DNA from: a virus
Lineage: Duplodnaviria > Caudoviricetes
Virus record (IMG/VR): IMGVR_UViG_3300035686_000003
Coordinates: 64,001-128,000 of that record
DNA length: 64,000 bases
Reading direction: 5' to 3' (one strand)
Positions 34,644 to 44,739 of this stretch are shown one piece after another. Position 1 is the first letter of the stretch; each line of letters begins with the position of its first letter. A program made the position numbers and the translations under genes. A model generated the notes under the pieces. It worked only from the letters and a program-made list of their open reading frames with translations. It ran no database searches and was not told the DNA's origin.

Positions 34644-35934
34644 TTTAATTAAGTTTTACGAAGGACTTAGATTAGAGAGCTATAAACATACAGGGGATGT
34701 CTGGACTGTCGGCTATGGTCACACTAAAGGTGTCAAGCCGAATATGCAGATAACCAAAGATGAGGCAGAGGAGTTGCTACGGAAGGACTTGGAACACTTT
34801 GAGGATGCAGTGACTCGCTTAGTCAAAGTTCCCCTCAATGAAAATCAATTCTCTGCTTTAGTATCCTTTGCATACAATTGCGGCGAAGGTGCATTGGCAA
34901 CTTCTACTGCACTTCGGAGGCTCAACTCTGGTGATTACAAAGGTTGTACGGAAGCGTTACAATGGTATAACAAAGGTTCTAGCGGCAATGTGCTACCTGG
35001 TTTAACCAAACGCAGAAAAGCAGAAGCGGAGTTATTCAGCCTAGAACCCACGCAGGTCGTAGTGCCAACTTACACGCAGACCCTGGAAAGAACTCCGCTC
35101 ACCATTCAAGCCCCTATGAATAATAGTAGTAGTTTCCTCTTCAACACATATCGCTACTTCAAAGATTTGCCACATCAGCGTAGCGCGATCGCTTACCTTG
35201 AGCAACATACATCACCAGAAGTACTGCAAGAGATGCAGGAGCTTTGGAGAGCTGGGAACGTCATCGCTCAAGTGCAGAAGATGCAAGTCCGTGAAGATAA
35301 GCCCATTCGACTTGTCGATAAAATTGTGGCTTACATGAAGGACAAGGGTTATGTCGTATTCAATGAGTCGGGAAAGCGAAATATCGTTTATGTTGAGGGG
35401 ATGAATCCTGACGGGCGATTGAACGATGATCGTCCTAATTGGTTCAATGATATCCGTTGTGTGTTCGAGTATCGTGATGGCAAGCCGGAGATGCTGGGTA
35501 TTTGGCAGGGGTCAACCGAACCGGGAAGCCACTACACTCATCGTCCAATGAATCCCAAGGGATGTGCCAGAATCGCCTTCGGACAATATCAGAGTGCTTG
35601 GGCTGTGGGATTACATGGAACCCGTCACAGGTATGAAGCCTTGGTGCAAGTGGGTAACGTCACAGTTCATCGTGATCTCAACAAAGACTTCAAGAGAACT
35701 GGGGATAAGCTATATACAGGTAACGACTATTACATTAATCAGCACCACGGAGGCAATGCTGCGGAGAATAGTTTAGGGATGCACAGTGCGGGATGTCTCA
35801 TTGGTCGCACTGTTGAGGGTCACCAGCAGTTTATGAAGATTGTTAAAGGTGATCCCGATTACCAGCAAAACAAGCACTATCGCTTCACCACTACAGTAAT
35901 TCCGGGCGATGAACTGGTAAAGCTGTACCCCTAA
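34618..35934 (+). CDS. Endolysin: GH24 lysozyme plus a C-terminal putative second catalytic domain
   Basis: LIKFYEG.RL..Y...G.VWTVGYGHT, NQFSALVSFAYN.G, GL..RR.AE; C-terminal INQHHG...HSAGC. Confidence 0.9.
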   Translation: MNCNQAGIDLIKFYEGLRLESYKHTGDVWTVGYGHTKGVKPNMQITKDEAEELLRKDLEHFEDAVTRLVKVPLNENQFSALVSFAYNCGEGALATSTALRRLNSGDYKGCTEALQWYNKGSSGNVLPGLTKRRKAEAELFSLEPTQVVVPTYTQTLERTPLTIQAPMNNSSSFLFNTYRYFKDLPHQRSAIAYLEQHTSPEVLQEMQELWRAGNVIAQVQKMQVREDKPIRLVDKIVAYMKDKGYVVFNESGKRNIVYVEGMNPDGRLNDDRPNWFNDIRCVFEYRDGKPEMLGIWQGSTEPGSHYTHRPMNPKGCARIAFGQYQSAWAVGLHGTRHRYEALVQVGNVTVHRDLNKDFKRTGDKLYTGNDYYINQHHGGNAAENSLGMHSAGCLIGRTVEGHQQFMKIVKGDPDYQQNKHYRFTTTVIPGDELVKLYP

Positions 35935-36287
35935 TCTCTGTAGGACTCATCAACCCAATCTTCCTCGATATGCACGTCAGGCTCCAGATATGGCAACACA
36001 CGTTGCGATTGTTCTCTACTGTCAGGCGTTAGTCTACCTTGGCTCAACGTGTAACTGTCGGACTCAACTACGGTAGTGGAATTGTCTTCTCGTTGACTTC
36101 CTCCACTCTGGAATGCACCCGCTGCTGCCGATATCCCTGCTGGCAATGCTGTAGCTAGGAGAGTGTCGATAGCTTCTTTATTGTCTCCAGGAGCAAACGA
36201 TAACGCGATCGCTCCTAGAATGCACAAAGTTGTTACTCCTCCACCAAACATCAAAACATACTTTGCGATACTGTTAGGCTGACTCAT
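35931..36287 (-). CDS. Two-TM membrane protein (holin candidate)
   Basis: Two hydrophobic helices and a charged tail; convergent with the endolysin. Confidence 0.4.
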   Translation of the reverse strand: MSQPNSIAKYVLMFGGGVTTLCILGAIALSFAPGDNKEAIDTLLATALPAGISAAAGAFQSGGSQREDNSTTVVESDSYTLSQGRLTPDSREQSQRVLPYLEPDVHIEEDWVDESYRD

Positions 36288-36364
36288 ACAGATAAATTAT
36301 ATTTTGTCTACTATTGTAACCCATAGGCTACCATAGTCTAAAATGTGTTATCTACTGCTAACTT

Positions 36365-36670
36365 ATGGATACCTTTCGTCACTTCCACAGGACACTCACT
36401 TATGCCTTCAAGGCAACCCAGAGTGTTACCCATGCAAACCTTGATAACGTTGGCGTCTACACACGAATGTTTATTGGTTGGTGGACAGCGTGTGGGCATA
36501 AGTTTGCTGAACATTACTATGAAAGTCAAAACTTCCAGCAGCTCAACAATAGGATGCTGACGCTCCTAGATGGTAGCAACCTCATCACTTTTGCAGCGAG
36601 TATCCAAGAAGTCAAGAAATATGCAGACCTGTTGGCTGAGGAATTTGGTATTATGGTTGACCCCGACTAA
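36365..36670 (+). CDS. Hypothetical protein
   Basis: ORF only. Confidence 0.45.
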   Translation: MDTFRHFHRTLTYAFKATQSVTHANLDNVGVYTRMFIGWWTACGHKFAEHYYESQNFQQLNNRMLTLLDGSNLITFAASIQEVKKYADLLAEEFGIMVDPD

Positions 36671-36776
36671 TCTTCGAGGAACAGGAAGTAGTCGAACAAG
36701 CAGGTTGATGCCGCAAATAGTAGTAGGAAGAAAATAATATCCATCGAAGATACCAATAATTTCTACGATATTAATT

Positions 36777-37475
36777 CTAGCCTATTCGCGTCAACGCTGG
36801 GAACGCTAGCATCGGTAGCACAGCATTAGCGCCAAAGCGTAACTCACAGGCACCTATAGTCTTCGCACAAGCAGCTTGAGGATCGCCAAAGGGTACTGGA
36901 GTGTTATTCATGTTCCACTCACTTGTGCCGCTATAGCCGCACTCCAGAGGGTGACGGTAACGAGCTTGGCAACGATTGAGGCAAAGTTGAGTAGGGAGCT
37001 TGGTCTCCAGTAGCTCCAATGGTGTCGTTAATTCAAAGACCACTCCAATTCCAGCAACTAATTCTTTGGGGTGGGATATCTGGAATTTCTGGATAGGTTT
37101 TGTCGCAGCAGGATTTGGTTCGGTGCCATCATCGAGATGCTTCCGAAGTATTTGAATAATCTTAATATTTGCACCCACCAATCCATCACCGTAGTAATCG
37201 ATAAGTCCTGTGATAATCTGGGAGTCCTCCGTTGTTGCATCAGACACAGCTAATGTTGGCGTAGGTAGCTGACCCTCTGAAGTAACCTCTAAACCTTCAA
37301 TGCTACAAGCTAAAGGTAAGTAGGAGATCCCGTTATGCACAACTCCATCATGTGCTGTAAAGTGGAACGACTCAAAAGGGGAGCTTTTGTTAAAATTGCT
37401 AAGCTCGAAAAGCAACAGTTCTGAATCATGATCTAGTGATTGCAAAGATTGTATAGTCACAATCCCACCCTCCAC
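36777..37475 (-). CDS. Minor tail protein L-like
   Basis: LFEL, G..Y.P.......G.E....G.LPTPTL.VS, LP...C...C..RY...ECGY.G, CAK...AC..RFG, FP. Confidence 0.9.
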   Translation of the reverse strand: MEGGIVTIQSLQSLDHDSELLLFELSNFNKSSPFESFHFTAHDGVVHNGISYLPLACSIEGLEVTSEGQLPTPTLAVSDATTEDSQIITGLIDYYGDGLVGANIKIIQILRKHLDDGTEPNPAATKPIQKFQISHPKELVAGIGVVFELTTPLELLETKLPTQLCLNRCQARYRHPLECGYSGTSEWNMNNTPVPFGDPQAACAKTIGACELRFGANAVLPMLAFPALTRIG

Positions 37476-37825
37476 ACTTGTTCAAAAGTTCCCTGAAATT
37501 GGTGATGCAAGATACCATTCTGCTGCCCCGCATAATTCACTTGATATTCTTTGCACTTAAAATTCAACCCCTGCAACTCTGGTGGTGCATCAGTGTCGAA
37601 TGCAAACGGACGTGTACCCCTGAGAGATACCAAGAATGCTTCCAGCTGGGTTCCGTTACTCACTAGTTGATTCACAGCAACACTCAGTTTCACAGAATTT
37701 AACCCTGGGACAACCCGACTCTGGATTAACCCGGATTCTTTCTGCTGCTCAAGCGATCGCACGTCACATTCGTATGACAACTGTGTGCCAAAGGCTAACT
37801 TTAGTGGGATGATGGGGATTGGCAA
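37457..37825 (-). CDS. Minor tail protein M-like
   Basis: Q.RVVPGLN, FL..LRG.RPF.F, FKCKEY, F.GTFEQV; directly upstream of L. Confidence 0.75.
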   Translation of the reverse strand: MPIPIIPLKLAFGTQLSYECDVRSLEQQKESGLIQSRVVPGLNSVKLSVAVNQLVSNGTQLEAFLVSLRGTRPFAFDTDAPPELQGLNFKCKEYQVNYAGQQNGILHHQFQGTFEQVWRVGL

Positions 37826-37897
37826 AATCAGTGAACAATGATTAGTGAACAGTTATCCTCTTAATTCTCGTTACATCAGGGGTTTCGGGTATGTGCG

Positions 37898-37926
37898 TTG
37901 ACACACAAGGTCGGAGGTGTTATTGT
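37898..37926 (+). promoter_or_regulatory. Sigma70 promoter with extended -10
   Basis: TTGACA-17 bp-TATTGT with TG upstream of the -10. Confidence 0.65.
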
Positions 37927-37952
37927 AAGAAAAAAGTTGAGGGTTAACTTAA

Positions 37953-38216
37953 ATGAAAAGAACATTGATAGCCGTCACACTCGTTGCAATATTATGTACA
38001 TCTTGTGCAAGTGATCAAGTTTTTGCAAAATCAGAAGCGACAATTGCTGACTTAGGTTACACCAACATCAAGTACGAAGGATATGCTTGGGTAAGTTGTG
38101 ACAAAAATGACTTTTATGCTTTGAAATATTCAACTACATCAGCTTCTGGTCGCAGAGTCACGTTAGCCGCTTGCTCTGGAGTCTTCAAAGGAGTCACAGT
38201 TCGGACAATAAACTAA
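37953..38216 (+). CDS. Lipoprotein
   Basis: Signal peptide with a lipobox-like LCTSC; own promoter and terminator (about 38235-38266). Confidence 0.7.
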   Translation: MKRTLIAVTLVAILCTSCASDQVFAKSEATIADLGYTNIKYEGYAWVSCDKNDFYALKYSTTSASGRRVTLAACSGVFKGVTVRTIN

Positions 38217-38328
38217 CGCACCACTCACACCTGTAGCCCGTTACTTCTTCTGGAGTAGCGGGTTTCACGTTTGTGTCAGGGTAACACTTGAGCTATGATG
38301 AACAATGATAAATATTAAAGAAATCTAA

Positions 38329-38640
38329 ATGTCAGAATTAGCAAAGAAATTATTTGAGAAAAACCCCGACCTCTTCACCCTCATCCAGATTGGTGAGATG
38401 AAAGAGGAACACCAGAAGCAGCTGGAATCCTTCCTGCAAGAGAATGAAGCTGAAGTTAGCATTGAATCTTTCATTGACGAACTCAAGCGGTTAGCCTTTG
38501 AAGCTCCTGGTCGCATGACTACAGCTAGCGATCGTGCTGAAGAAAAGCAATCGCAAGAACAGCAAGCCAAGGAAGAAGAAGCTGCAAACCCCTCCGGTAT
38601 CCTTCAGCAAGACCCTGCGTTTCCTGTGAATCCAAAATAG
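38329..38640 (+). CDS. Acidic hypothetical protein
   Basis: ORF followed by a hairpin at about 38664-38694. Confidence 0.5.
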   Translation: MSELAKKLFEKNPDLFTLIQIGEMKEEHQKQLESFLQENEAEVSIESFIDELKRLAFEAPGRMTTASDRAEEKQSQEQQAKEEEAANPSGILQQDPAFPVNPK

Positions 38641-38714
38641 ATTAGGGATTGTAGTCACAATAAAGCCGCCTCTAGTAACTCTAGTTGGGCGGCTGTTGTT
38701 TTTATGGGCAGTAG

Positions 38715-39131
38715 CTAGCCAAGTTGTTCTATTAACTCTTTTCGTGTTCCAGACAAATAGGTGTCTCCATCCTTGAGAAGGTCATAGCGAAATATTCCAG
38801 CAACTTTGACTTGCCAATGAGAATCGTAAAATCGAGAAGTGTTACGAAGATGATCGAATATTTCTCTTTCGGCAAACTCTAGCTGATCATAGGTGCTTTG
38901 ACTGAATCCACTATTTAATATGGAGATCAAGCTTACCGCTTCCTCACGATCATCTTTGTTGTCAAAGATCGACATACAATCCCCAACTTTTCCTTTCCCG
39001 AAGTTAATCTTCCAGCACCAGCACTCCTGGTCTTCATCAAAGAACACATCGACTGTTTCGCCCAAAATTGTGCCTTGAAAATAGTTCAAGGAAATCTCTT
39101 GCCATCCATCAGGTAATTTCGTTTGTGTCAT
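38715..39131 (-). CDS. Hypothetical protein
   Basis: LPDGW motif shared with the 43202 and 44098 ORFs. Confidence 0.5.
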   Translation of the reverse strand: MTQTKLPDGWQEISLNYFQGTILGETVDVFFDEDQECWCWKINFGKGKVGDCMSIFDNKDDREEAVSLISILNSGFSQSTYDQLEFAEREIFDHLRNTSRFYDSHWQVKVAGIFRYDLLKDGDTYLSGTRKELIEQLG

Positions 39132-39562
39132 TATTTACCCCTAGCGATTGTAAGATTTAGCTTAGGCGACAAAGCCTTCTGCCAATCCCGCTCACGAAGT
39201 CTCCTACCTCTTTCACTTTCATCGAACTCTAGCACCATGAAAAATATCTCTGTGTCTGGGCGACGATAATCCCTGAACTTACCGTGGGCTGCATTCGATG
39301 CGTACAAGTGTTGGTTCCAGCGCTGCCAAATGTTTTGCGATTGCCCCACATAATTATGGTCTTCGTGTTGCAACAAAGGGTCTAGTACTGCACAGTAGTA
39401 GACCCCTCCTTGAGACAATGATTCAACAAGATCATAGGGAATAGTGGGAGAGAACCGGAACCAACCCTGGTGAGTCTTGCATTCCGCAACTACGGGTTCG
39501 ATAAGGGGGTCTTGCAGAAGTTGGTGAAAGTATTGGAGTAGTAGTGTCATTGGATAAACCAA
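39131..39562 (-). CDS. GIY-YIG nuclease
   Basis: GGVYY...YVGQSQNIWQRW.QH...RE. Confidence 0.8.
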   Translation of the reverse strand: MVYPMTLLLQYFHQLLQDPLIEPVVAECKTHQGWFRFSPTIPYDLVESLSQGGVYYCAVLDPLLQHEDHNYVGQSQNIWQRWNQHLYASNAAHGKFRDYRRPDTEIFFMVLEFDESERGRRLRERDWQKALSPKLNLTIARGK

Positions 39563-39873
39563 GGAATAGAAGTCTCGATGAACTTAGTTGAAACTTTTTG
39601 GGGAAAACCGTAATTAGACGATCTTCCATTCGTCATGAAAGAAACTTCGCAGTCTTCGTCCATTGAGTGTTCTTTAGAGTAGCAGCTCATAACCCAACTA
39701 TATAACTGACCGTCAACCACAACGTTGCGAGATCTTTTCGTGTCATCCCTTTCGAGGATATGATAAACCTTGCCGTGATCACACAACTTAGAAACTCCCT
39801 CTATTTCAATGAAGTTTTGTTTGCCATACTTTTTCATTAATCTGTTAACTTGGCATCGAGCGCAACTTCCCAT
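39547..39873 (-). CDS. Hypothetical protein
   Basis: ORF with GGAGG RBS. Confidence 0.45.
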   Translation of the reverse strand: MGSCARCQVNRLMKKYGKQNFIEIEGVSKLCDHGKVYHILERDDTKRSRNVVVDGQLYSWVMSCYSKEHSMDEDCEVSFMTNGRSSNYGFPQKVSTKFIETSIPWFIQ

Positions 39874-39928
39874 TTTCCCTCCTTAGTGAACCAACAAAAA
39901 CTTTTACAAGCCTATCGATTTGATATAG

Positions 39929-40168
39929 TTACCTTGGTGGCAATGCCGCACTAGGACTCGGTAGTAGCTTCCACCCTTTTCGTAATAAATCTTGGCAAGT
40001 TGCAAAACCCTTGCTTCCATTCGCAATGCCGTGGTCGGCTACTGCATGCTGCGGATAGCTTGCGTATGGCTTCCAGGCGCTTTCACCACTAGGACGCAAA
40101 TGTAATACTTTTGTCTCGCTGTCGCTGCCACTGGGACTCATCCAACACATCTCGTTCATTGCTTGCAT
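39929..40168 (-). CDS. Conserved cyanobacterial-type hypothetical protein
   Basis: VLHLR....W.PY..YP..AV.D.....GSKG.AT.Q.L...GW.L pattern, recognised from memory. Confidence 0.55.
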   Translation of the reverse strand: MQAMNEMCWMSPSGSDSETKVLHLRPSGESAWKPYASYPQHAVADHGIANGSKGFATCQDLLRKGWKLLPSPSAALPPR

Positions 40169-40195
40169 CCTCCGAGAGATTTCTACTATTTTAGC

Positions 40196-41302
40196 CTAGG
40201 TAGTGATTTGTGGTAGGCTATATAGCTTGTCCCACTTTCTTTTCATGTGAGGGATAGGTAGTTGGCTCAATGCTGAGAGAACATGGATGGCTCTTGTCCC
40301 ACAAAAACCATACTCATATATTGATTTGTGCTTGTGAACATTGCTGACTCTTGCAGTGGGCATTGAAACAGGAAAATGTTTATCCATGATTTCTTTGATC
40401 CATATCAGAAGATCTTCTGTGCCTACAATTTGTAATTTCAAATAACTTGAGCTACGAGTTATGCATCCATCACCGTCAATGACTCCGCAAATGTATGCTA
40501 AAGCCAAATCTTCTGTTAACGGAGGTGGTTTAAGTGTAGCAGTTTTGCGAGAAGTTATATTAAAGTTATTGTTTAAATCTTGGACTAGTTGAGATGCTCC
40601 ACAAATTGCTATTTTAGCAACAGAGTTTTCTCGATATTGTCTTGGACTCTGATGATTATATTGTTTTACTTTGCCTGAATATTTTACGTTTTGAGCAAAT
40701 CTTTCTAAGTGAGCTGTATCTTTTTTGTTGAGTGCAATTGCAACTATAGCTGGCTTATCGTACAGGCATCCGTCAGCAGCAATGAAACCTGCCCAATAAG
40801 AATTCAAAAGGTTTGGAGTCGCAAAAAAGTTTGTATCATGGAAAAGCTGCTTGTTCGTCAAATTTAATATTTGCGCTTTAGCATATATTGACGCAGTTGT
40901 TCTGTTTAATGCTTTTGCTATTTCGGACGGCTGAAGTAAATTGTAATTATCTTTCAAGAAGGTGTCATCTGCGTCTGACCAATTTCTAATGCTGTAAATT
41001 TTCAAATTGTGAGCCTTAGATTCAATCGTTGTCTCTGTTCGCCCCGGAAGAAGCGCCAATAATTCTTTTCGGCTAACTCTTCCATAATACGTTTTTAGGA
41101 TATCTAGCTCAGTTTTAGTCCAAGCTTTTTTCTTACCACTAAAAATTTTTAATCTACGGTTTGCAGCACCTTTTATGGCATTGTAAGTTTTGGACGGAAA
41201 AAGGTCTTCCAATTCTTTGCGATTGACTTTTCCGTAAACTTCTCCCAAAAGATTAAGCTCTTGTTCTGACCAAAGTTGTGCCATACTAGATCCTAAGTGC
41301 AA
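40196..41302 (-). CDS. LAGLIDADG homing endonuclease with N-terminal Myb/SANT-like repeats
   Basis: W[ST]..E...L repeats; YWAGFIAADG and YICGVIDGDG. Confidence 0.85.
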   Translation of the reverse strand: MHLGSSMAQLWSEQELNLLGEVYGKVNRKELEDLFPSKTYNAIKGAANRRLKIFSGKKKAWTKTELDILKTYYGRVSRKELLALLPGRTETTIESKAHNLKIYSIRNWSDADDTFLKDNYNLLQPSEIAKALNRTTASIYAKAQILNLTNKQLFHDTNFFATPNLLNSYWAGFIAADGCLYDKPAIVAIALNKKDTAHLERFAQNVKYSGKVKQYNHQSPRQYRENSVAKIAICGASQLVQDLNNNFNITSRKTATLKPPPLTEDLALAYICGVIDGDGCITRSSSYLKLQIVGTEDLLIWIKEIMDKHFPVSMPTARVSNVHKHKSIYEYGFCGTRAIHVLSALSQLPIPHMKRKWDKLYSLPQITT

Positions 41303-41324
41303 TATGCATTAACTCAATCATAGC

Positions 41325-41738
41325 ATGATTTGGAGAGGTTGTATGAAAGTCCAAACTTTGAAATTTCCTTTACCCCCGACGCTAAACGACCAAATCAATA
41401 GCGCTCGAACCCATTGGACAAAATCAGCACAGGCAAAAAAGAAGTGGACAAAGCTTATTGCTGATCACTGCTTAGGATCGTCATGCTTTGAAGGAAAAGT
41501 ATGGATAACTTTTGACTGGTATGTAGAAAGGTTTTCTAGAGATCCTGACAACATTATGGGTGCAGCGAAATTTATCATGGATGGCATGAAAGATGCGGGA
41601 GTAATAAAGAACGACAACCTGACAATCATTCAGTCGCCTCAGCTGCATAGCTTTGACAGGGGAGAGGATGGGGTAGTTGTCGAAATCTCAGATTCTATTT
41701 CATTGATAATCGACAAGTTGGAAGCATTGAAACGGTAA
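41325..41738 (+). CDS. rusA: RusA-like Holliday junction resolvase
   Basis: LPPTLN, RDPDNI..A.KFIMD.M...GVI.NDN. Confidence 0.8.
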   Translation: MIWRGCMKVQTLKFPLPPTLNDQINSARTHWTKSAQAKKKWTKLIADHCLGSSCFEGKVWITFDWYVERFSRDPDNIMGAAKFIMDGMKDAGVIKNDNLTIIQSPQLHSFDRGEDGVVVEISDSISLIIDKLEALKR

Positions 41739-41801
41739 TGGTTAAGGGGGCTGGCAAGGACAAATTATTGTTCGACCAATGCCAGCTTTAGTTATCAAGG
41801 G

Positions 41802-42314
41802 TTAACAGGGGTAGTCTAGAGCGAACTCTTCGTAAGTTGCTTCTGCTTCGTCGTGATCATCGTTATGATCTTCGTCATAGTCCTCATTATAGTAAGAAGG
41901 ACAGAAAGTTCGGATCTCTTCTGGTGTACAAAAATCTTCGATCTCTTCCGGCGTACAAAAATCTTTGACACTCCAATACTCTCGATCCAAACTCAGGATT
42001 GTCAACCCCTTGCTCCCTCCCCAGCAGTCTTCTCCAGCAGTCCAAATCCAAGCATTGTTTGCGCCACGACCAAACTTTGCATCGACAGAGCGTAATTCAT
42101 CGAAGATTTCGATATCACCATCTTTCTTAACAACATAAAAGTAGGGATCTTGGTCTTCATCCAACTCAACGTACCAATCGTAATCAGTCAGATCACAAAA
42201 GACTTCTGCCCCATAACCTTTCGCACCGATGAAAGTCGCAATAGCTGCTTGAGCTTCCTCTAGTTGGTTCTGGAGACTTTTGTGATGCGCCAAAAGTTCT
42301 TTGATGTTGGTCAT
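41802..42314 (-). CDS. Acidic hypothetical protein (paralog of 42324-42740)
   Basis: MTNIKELL, AEVF.D.T...WY, GE..WG; internal DFCTPEEI duplication. Confidence 0.6.
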   Translation of the reverse strand: MTNIKELLAHHKSLQNQLEEAQAAIATFIGAKGYGAEVFCDLTDYDWYVELDEDQDPYFYVVKKDGDIEIFDELRSVDAKFGRGANNAWIWTAGEDCWGGSKGLTILSLDREYWSVKDFCTPEEIEDFCTPEEIRTFCPSYYNEDYDEDHNDDHDEAEATYEEFALDYPC

Positions 42315-42323
42315 TGTTGTTCC

Positions 42324-42740
42324 TCACTCAACGTTAGATTTTACTGCCAAACCTAATTTAGGGAAAGGGGTATTGTCCTTGAGCAATAACTGAAGACTTT
42401 GGACTTCTTCTGGAGATGCAAACTCTTCTAGGCTTTGACATTGAAGGGGTAAGTCAAAAAACGTTAACACACTTCCCCATCCTTCTTCCCCTGGAGAGTA
42501 GCACCAAGCTCCTGTATCGGTCACCTTGCAAAAATCATCGTAAACCCTAATGCCTCCTGTTTCTCGAACGAAGATAAGAATTGCTCCTTCGTTAACGTGG
42601 GAATACCAAGAAGCATTGGTTTTGTCTACATACACCTCAGCAGAAACGGCTTGCAGATGATCAACTATTGCAGCTTCTGTTACCTTTAGTTCCTCAAGTT
42701 TTGCGTTTCGTTGCCGTAACAATTCTTTAAGATCCGTCAT
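42324..42740 (-). CDS. Hypothetical protein (paralog of 41802-42314)
   Basis: MTDLKELL, AEVY.D.T...WY, GE..WG, F..PEE. Confidence 0.6.
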   Translation of the reverse strand: MTDLKELLRQRNAKLEELKVTEAAIVDHLQAVSAEVYVDKTNASWYSHVNEGAILIFVRETGGIRVYDDFCKVTDTGAWCYSPGEEGWGSVLTFFDLPLQCQSLEEFASPEEVQSLQLLLKDNTPFPKLGLAVKSNVE

Positions 42741-42754
42741 TAGTTTTCTCCTGC

Positions 42755-42820
42755 TTACCTTAGTTGGCTATTGATGAACGATTGTGAACGGGCGATCACT
42801 TCCAAAGGATCTGTGGTGTC
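42755..42820 (-). pseudogene. Relic 3' end of a third 43202/44098-family gene
   Basis: DTTDPLEVIARSQSFINSQLR* versus DTIDPLVAIATAQAYINDQL (44098) and AITQAQSFIDSQL (43202); DNA near-repeat with 43190-43230. Confidence 0.6.
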
Positions 42821-43184
42821 AAGAGCTACTGGGTGTGCGTTCTGCTATTCGTTGTCCAATGTGAAAAACCGCTGCGTCGTCCCAACTTTCAATCGCATGA
42901 CAATCTCCATAACCAAGCTTCCATTCTAAGGTTTTATCAGTTCGAGCTTGAGCGGTTTCTAAATTGTAACGATAATGAAATTTGTCCCATAGACCATCTT
43001 CAAAACCATAGCTAATATCATCCTCATTTTCCAGAATCTCAAACTCTCCCGGATACACAAAATCATATCTATTAGGGAGATCGATTAGGTAGGCATCATT
43101 GAAAGGTCTAATGTCTCGGTGCTTACCTATGAGGTACTCTCTTCGAGACTCATTGTTTAAAATCTGTCTAACAATTACGTGCAT
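42819..43184 (-). CDS. Hypothetical protein
   Basis: ORF with GGAGG RBS. Confidence 0.5.
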   Translation of the reverse strand: MHVIVRQILNNESRREYLIGKHRDIRPFNDAYLIDLPNRYDFVYPGEFEILENEDDISYGFEDGLWDKFHYRYNLETAQARTDKTLEWKLGYGDCHAIESWDDAAVFHIGQRIAERTPSSS

Positions 43185-43201
43185 TAGCTTCCTCCTGCTT
43201 A

Positions 43202-43963
43202 CTAAAGTTGACTATCGATGAACGATTGTGCTTGAGTGATCGCGTCAAACTTATTCTCTGCTGAAACAGAATGTACTAGTTCACTGTTGACATATATCCA
43301 GTAGCCATCGAAATCTGGAACAACCTCAATAAAGCAAAATTTACCCTTCATAGTTGACCAACCAAGCTTAGTCTCTTCCCACCCCTCCGGCAACTCCTCC
43401 GCAACCTCGTCTTCCCTCATCACCTCTGGCTCAGGCATACTTCCGTACACCTTAACCTTACTCCGCCACGGTTGCTGCAAATATCGTCTTACTGTAGTTG
43501 CCAACTCTTCTCGTGTTCCTCTAGCAAACCATCGGTCATCAATATAGCAGTTGTAAACATTGAGTCCAACTGATACTAGCTCATACGATTTGATTCCTTG
43601 AATTGCATGAAGCAATTGTTCTAACGAAACCCCATCGCTTTCCACTGTTTGTGTTGCCTTCAACGATTGCAACAACTCAAGTTTGCGACCTGTACCATAA
43701 AACCTGCCGTCAACGTAACACTCACAGAAATCTTCTTTGCCTATGTGTTTGAATTCTAATTGTCGAATCCCTTTAGACATCATCAATTCTTCCATCAATT
43801 CTTCTAATTGCATACTTTCGTTCTCTTTGGGCGCTAATGATCGCACGTACTCACGGAGTACCTCGGTCTTTGTCTTGCCTGTCTTATCACAATGAGCTTC
43901 GAGTATCTCATGTTCTTCTGGGGTTAAGTAGAAGTCAACCCTCTTCTTGTCTTTGGTTCGCAT
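43202..43963 (-). CDS. RHH/CopG N-terminal domain protein
   Basis: RVDFYLT.EE...LEAHC.KTGKTKTEVLREY.RSL; paralog of the 44098 ORF. Confidence 0.7.
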   Translation of the reverse strand: MRTKDKKRVDFYLTPEEHEILEAHCDKTGKTKTEVLREYVRSLAPKENESMQLEELMEELMMSKGIRQLEFKHIGKEDFCECYVDGRFYGTGRKLELLQSLKATQTVESDGVSLEQLLHAIQGIKSYELVSVGLNVYNCYIDDRWFARGTREELATTVRRYLQQPWRSKVKVYGSMPEPEVMREDEVAEELPEGWEETKLGWSTMKGKFCFIEVVPDFDGYWIYVNSELVHSVSAENKFDAITQAQSFIDSQL

Positions 43964-43998
43964 ACTCTCTTGTGTGGAAAAATTGTGTTGTCAGTGTT

Positions 43999-44041
43999 AG
44001 TATAGCAAAAGCCACCGAAGCTTGCAAGTGCTAACGGTGGC
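43999..44041 (-). promoter_or_regulatory. Promoter embedded in a terminator hairpin
   Basis: Minus strand TTGCAA-17-TATACT within GCCACCG..CGGTGGC+TTTT. Confidence 0.65.
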
Positions 44042-44097
44042 GATGATTACAAGTATGCAGGGTGGCATCTAGTGATGTCAACTACATTATATAGCGA

Positions 44098-44709
44098 TCA
44101 AGGCTCTAATTGATCATTAATGTACGCTTGAGCTGTGGCAATCGCTACCAGAGGATCTATAGTGTCAATATCGAGATGATGTTTACCGTGATACCACAAT
44201 TCATATTTTTTAGACTCTTCCTGTTTGCCAAACTCCAAGGAAAATTGCTTCAGAAATTCTGGGTAAATTCTAACTTCTATGCCTCGATGAGATCCGTGAA
44301 GAATAGAAAGTTCATCTGCTTCCCAGCCATCAGGCAAGTCTTGTAAGTCTTTAGTTGCATCTGATATAAAAACCTTCTTCCAGCGACCTTGCTGAACAGA
44401 ATCTCTCACTCTAGCAGCTAATTCTTCTCGTGTTCCTTGAGCAAACAATTGGGAATTGATAAAGCAATGGTACTCATTAGGTGCTGCCCAAATTAAGTTG
44501 TAAGACTTTATTTCAGGTATTACACTGAATAGTTCTTCCAGACTCATCGATTCCATCGGCTTTCCCACAGGCTGAAGTGATCGCATAAAGTCACGTAGCA
44601 CATCAGTCTTTGAGCGTCCTGTAGCCTCGCAGTAGGCTTCTAGAGCATCTTTTTCTGCATCTCTAACTTGTACCTGAATCCAGTTCCAGCCCTCTTTTGC
44701 CTTTCTCAT
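44098..44709 (-). CDS. RHH/CopG N-terminal domain protein
   Basis: IQVQVRDAEK.ALEAYC.ATGRSKTDVLRDF.RSL; ATG at 44709 preferred. Confidence 0.7.
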   Translation of the reverse strand: MRKAKEGWNWIQVQVRDAEKDALEAYCEATGRSKTDVLRDFMRSLQPVGKPMESMSLEELFSVIPEIKSYNLIWAAPNEYHCFINSQLFAQGTREELAARVRDSVQQGRWKKVFISDATKDLQDLPDGWEADELSILHGSHRGIEVRIYPEFLKQFSLEFGKQEESKKYELWYHGKHHLDIDTIDPLVAIATAQAYINDQLEP

Positions 44710-44739
44710 TGTTCTATCCTTTGTCTGTACGATACAATG

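Noticed and set aside
38218-38266. Yfr1-like sRNA (ACCACTCACAC before a hairpin)
   Set aside because: Imperfect match to the ACTCCTCACAC motif and explained as the lipoprotein 3' UTR and terminator
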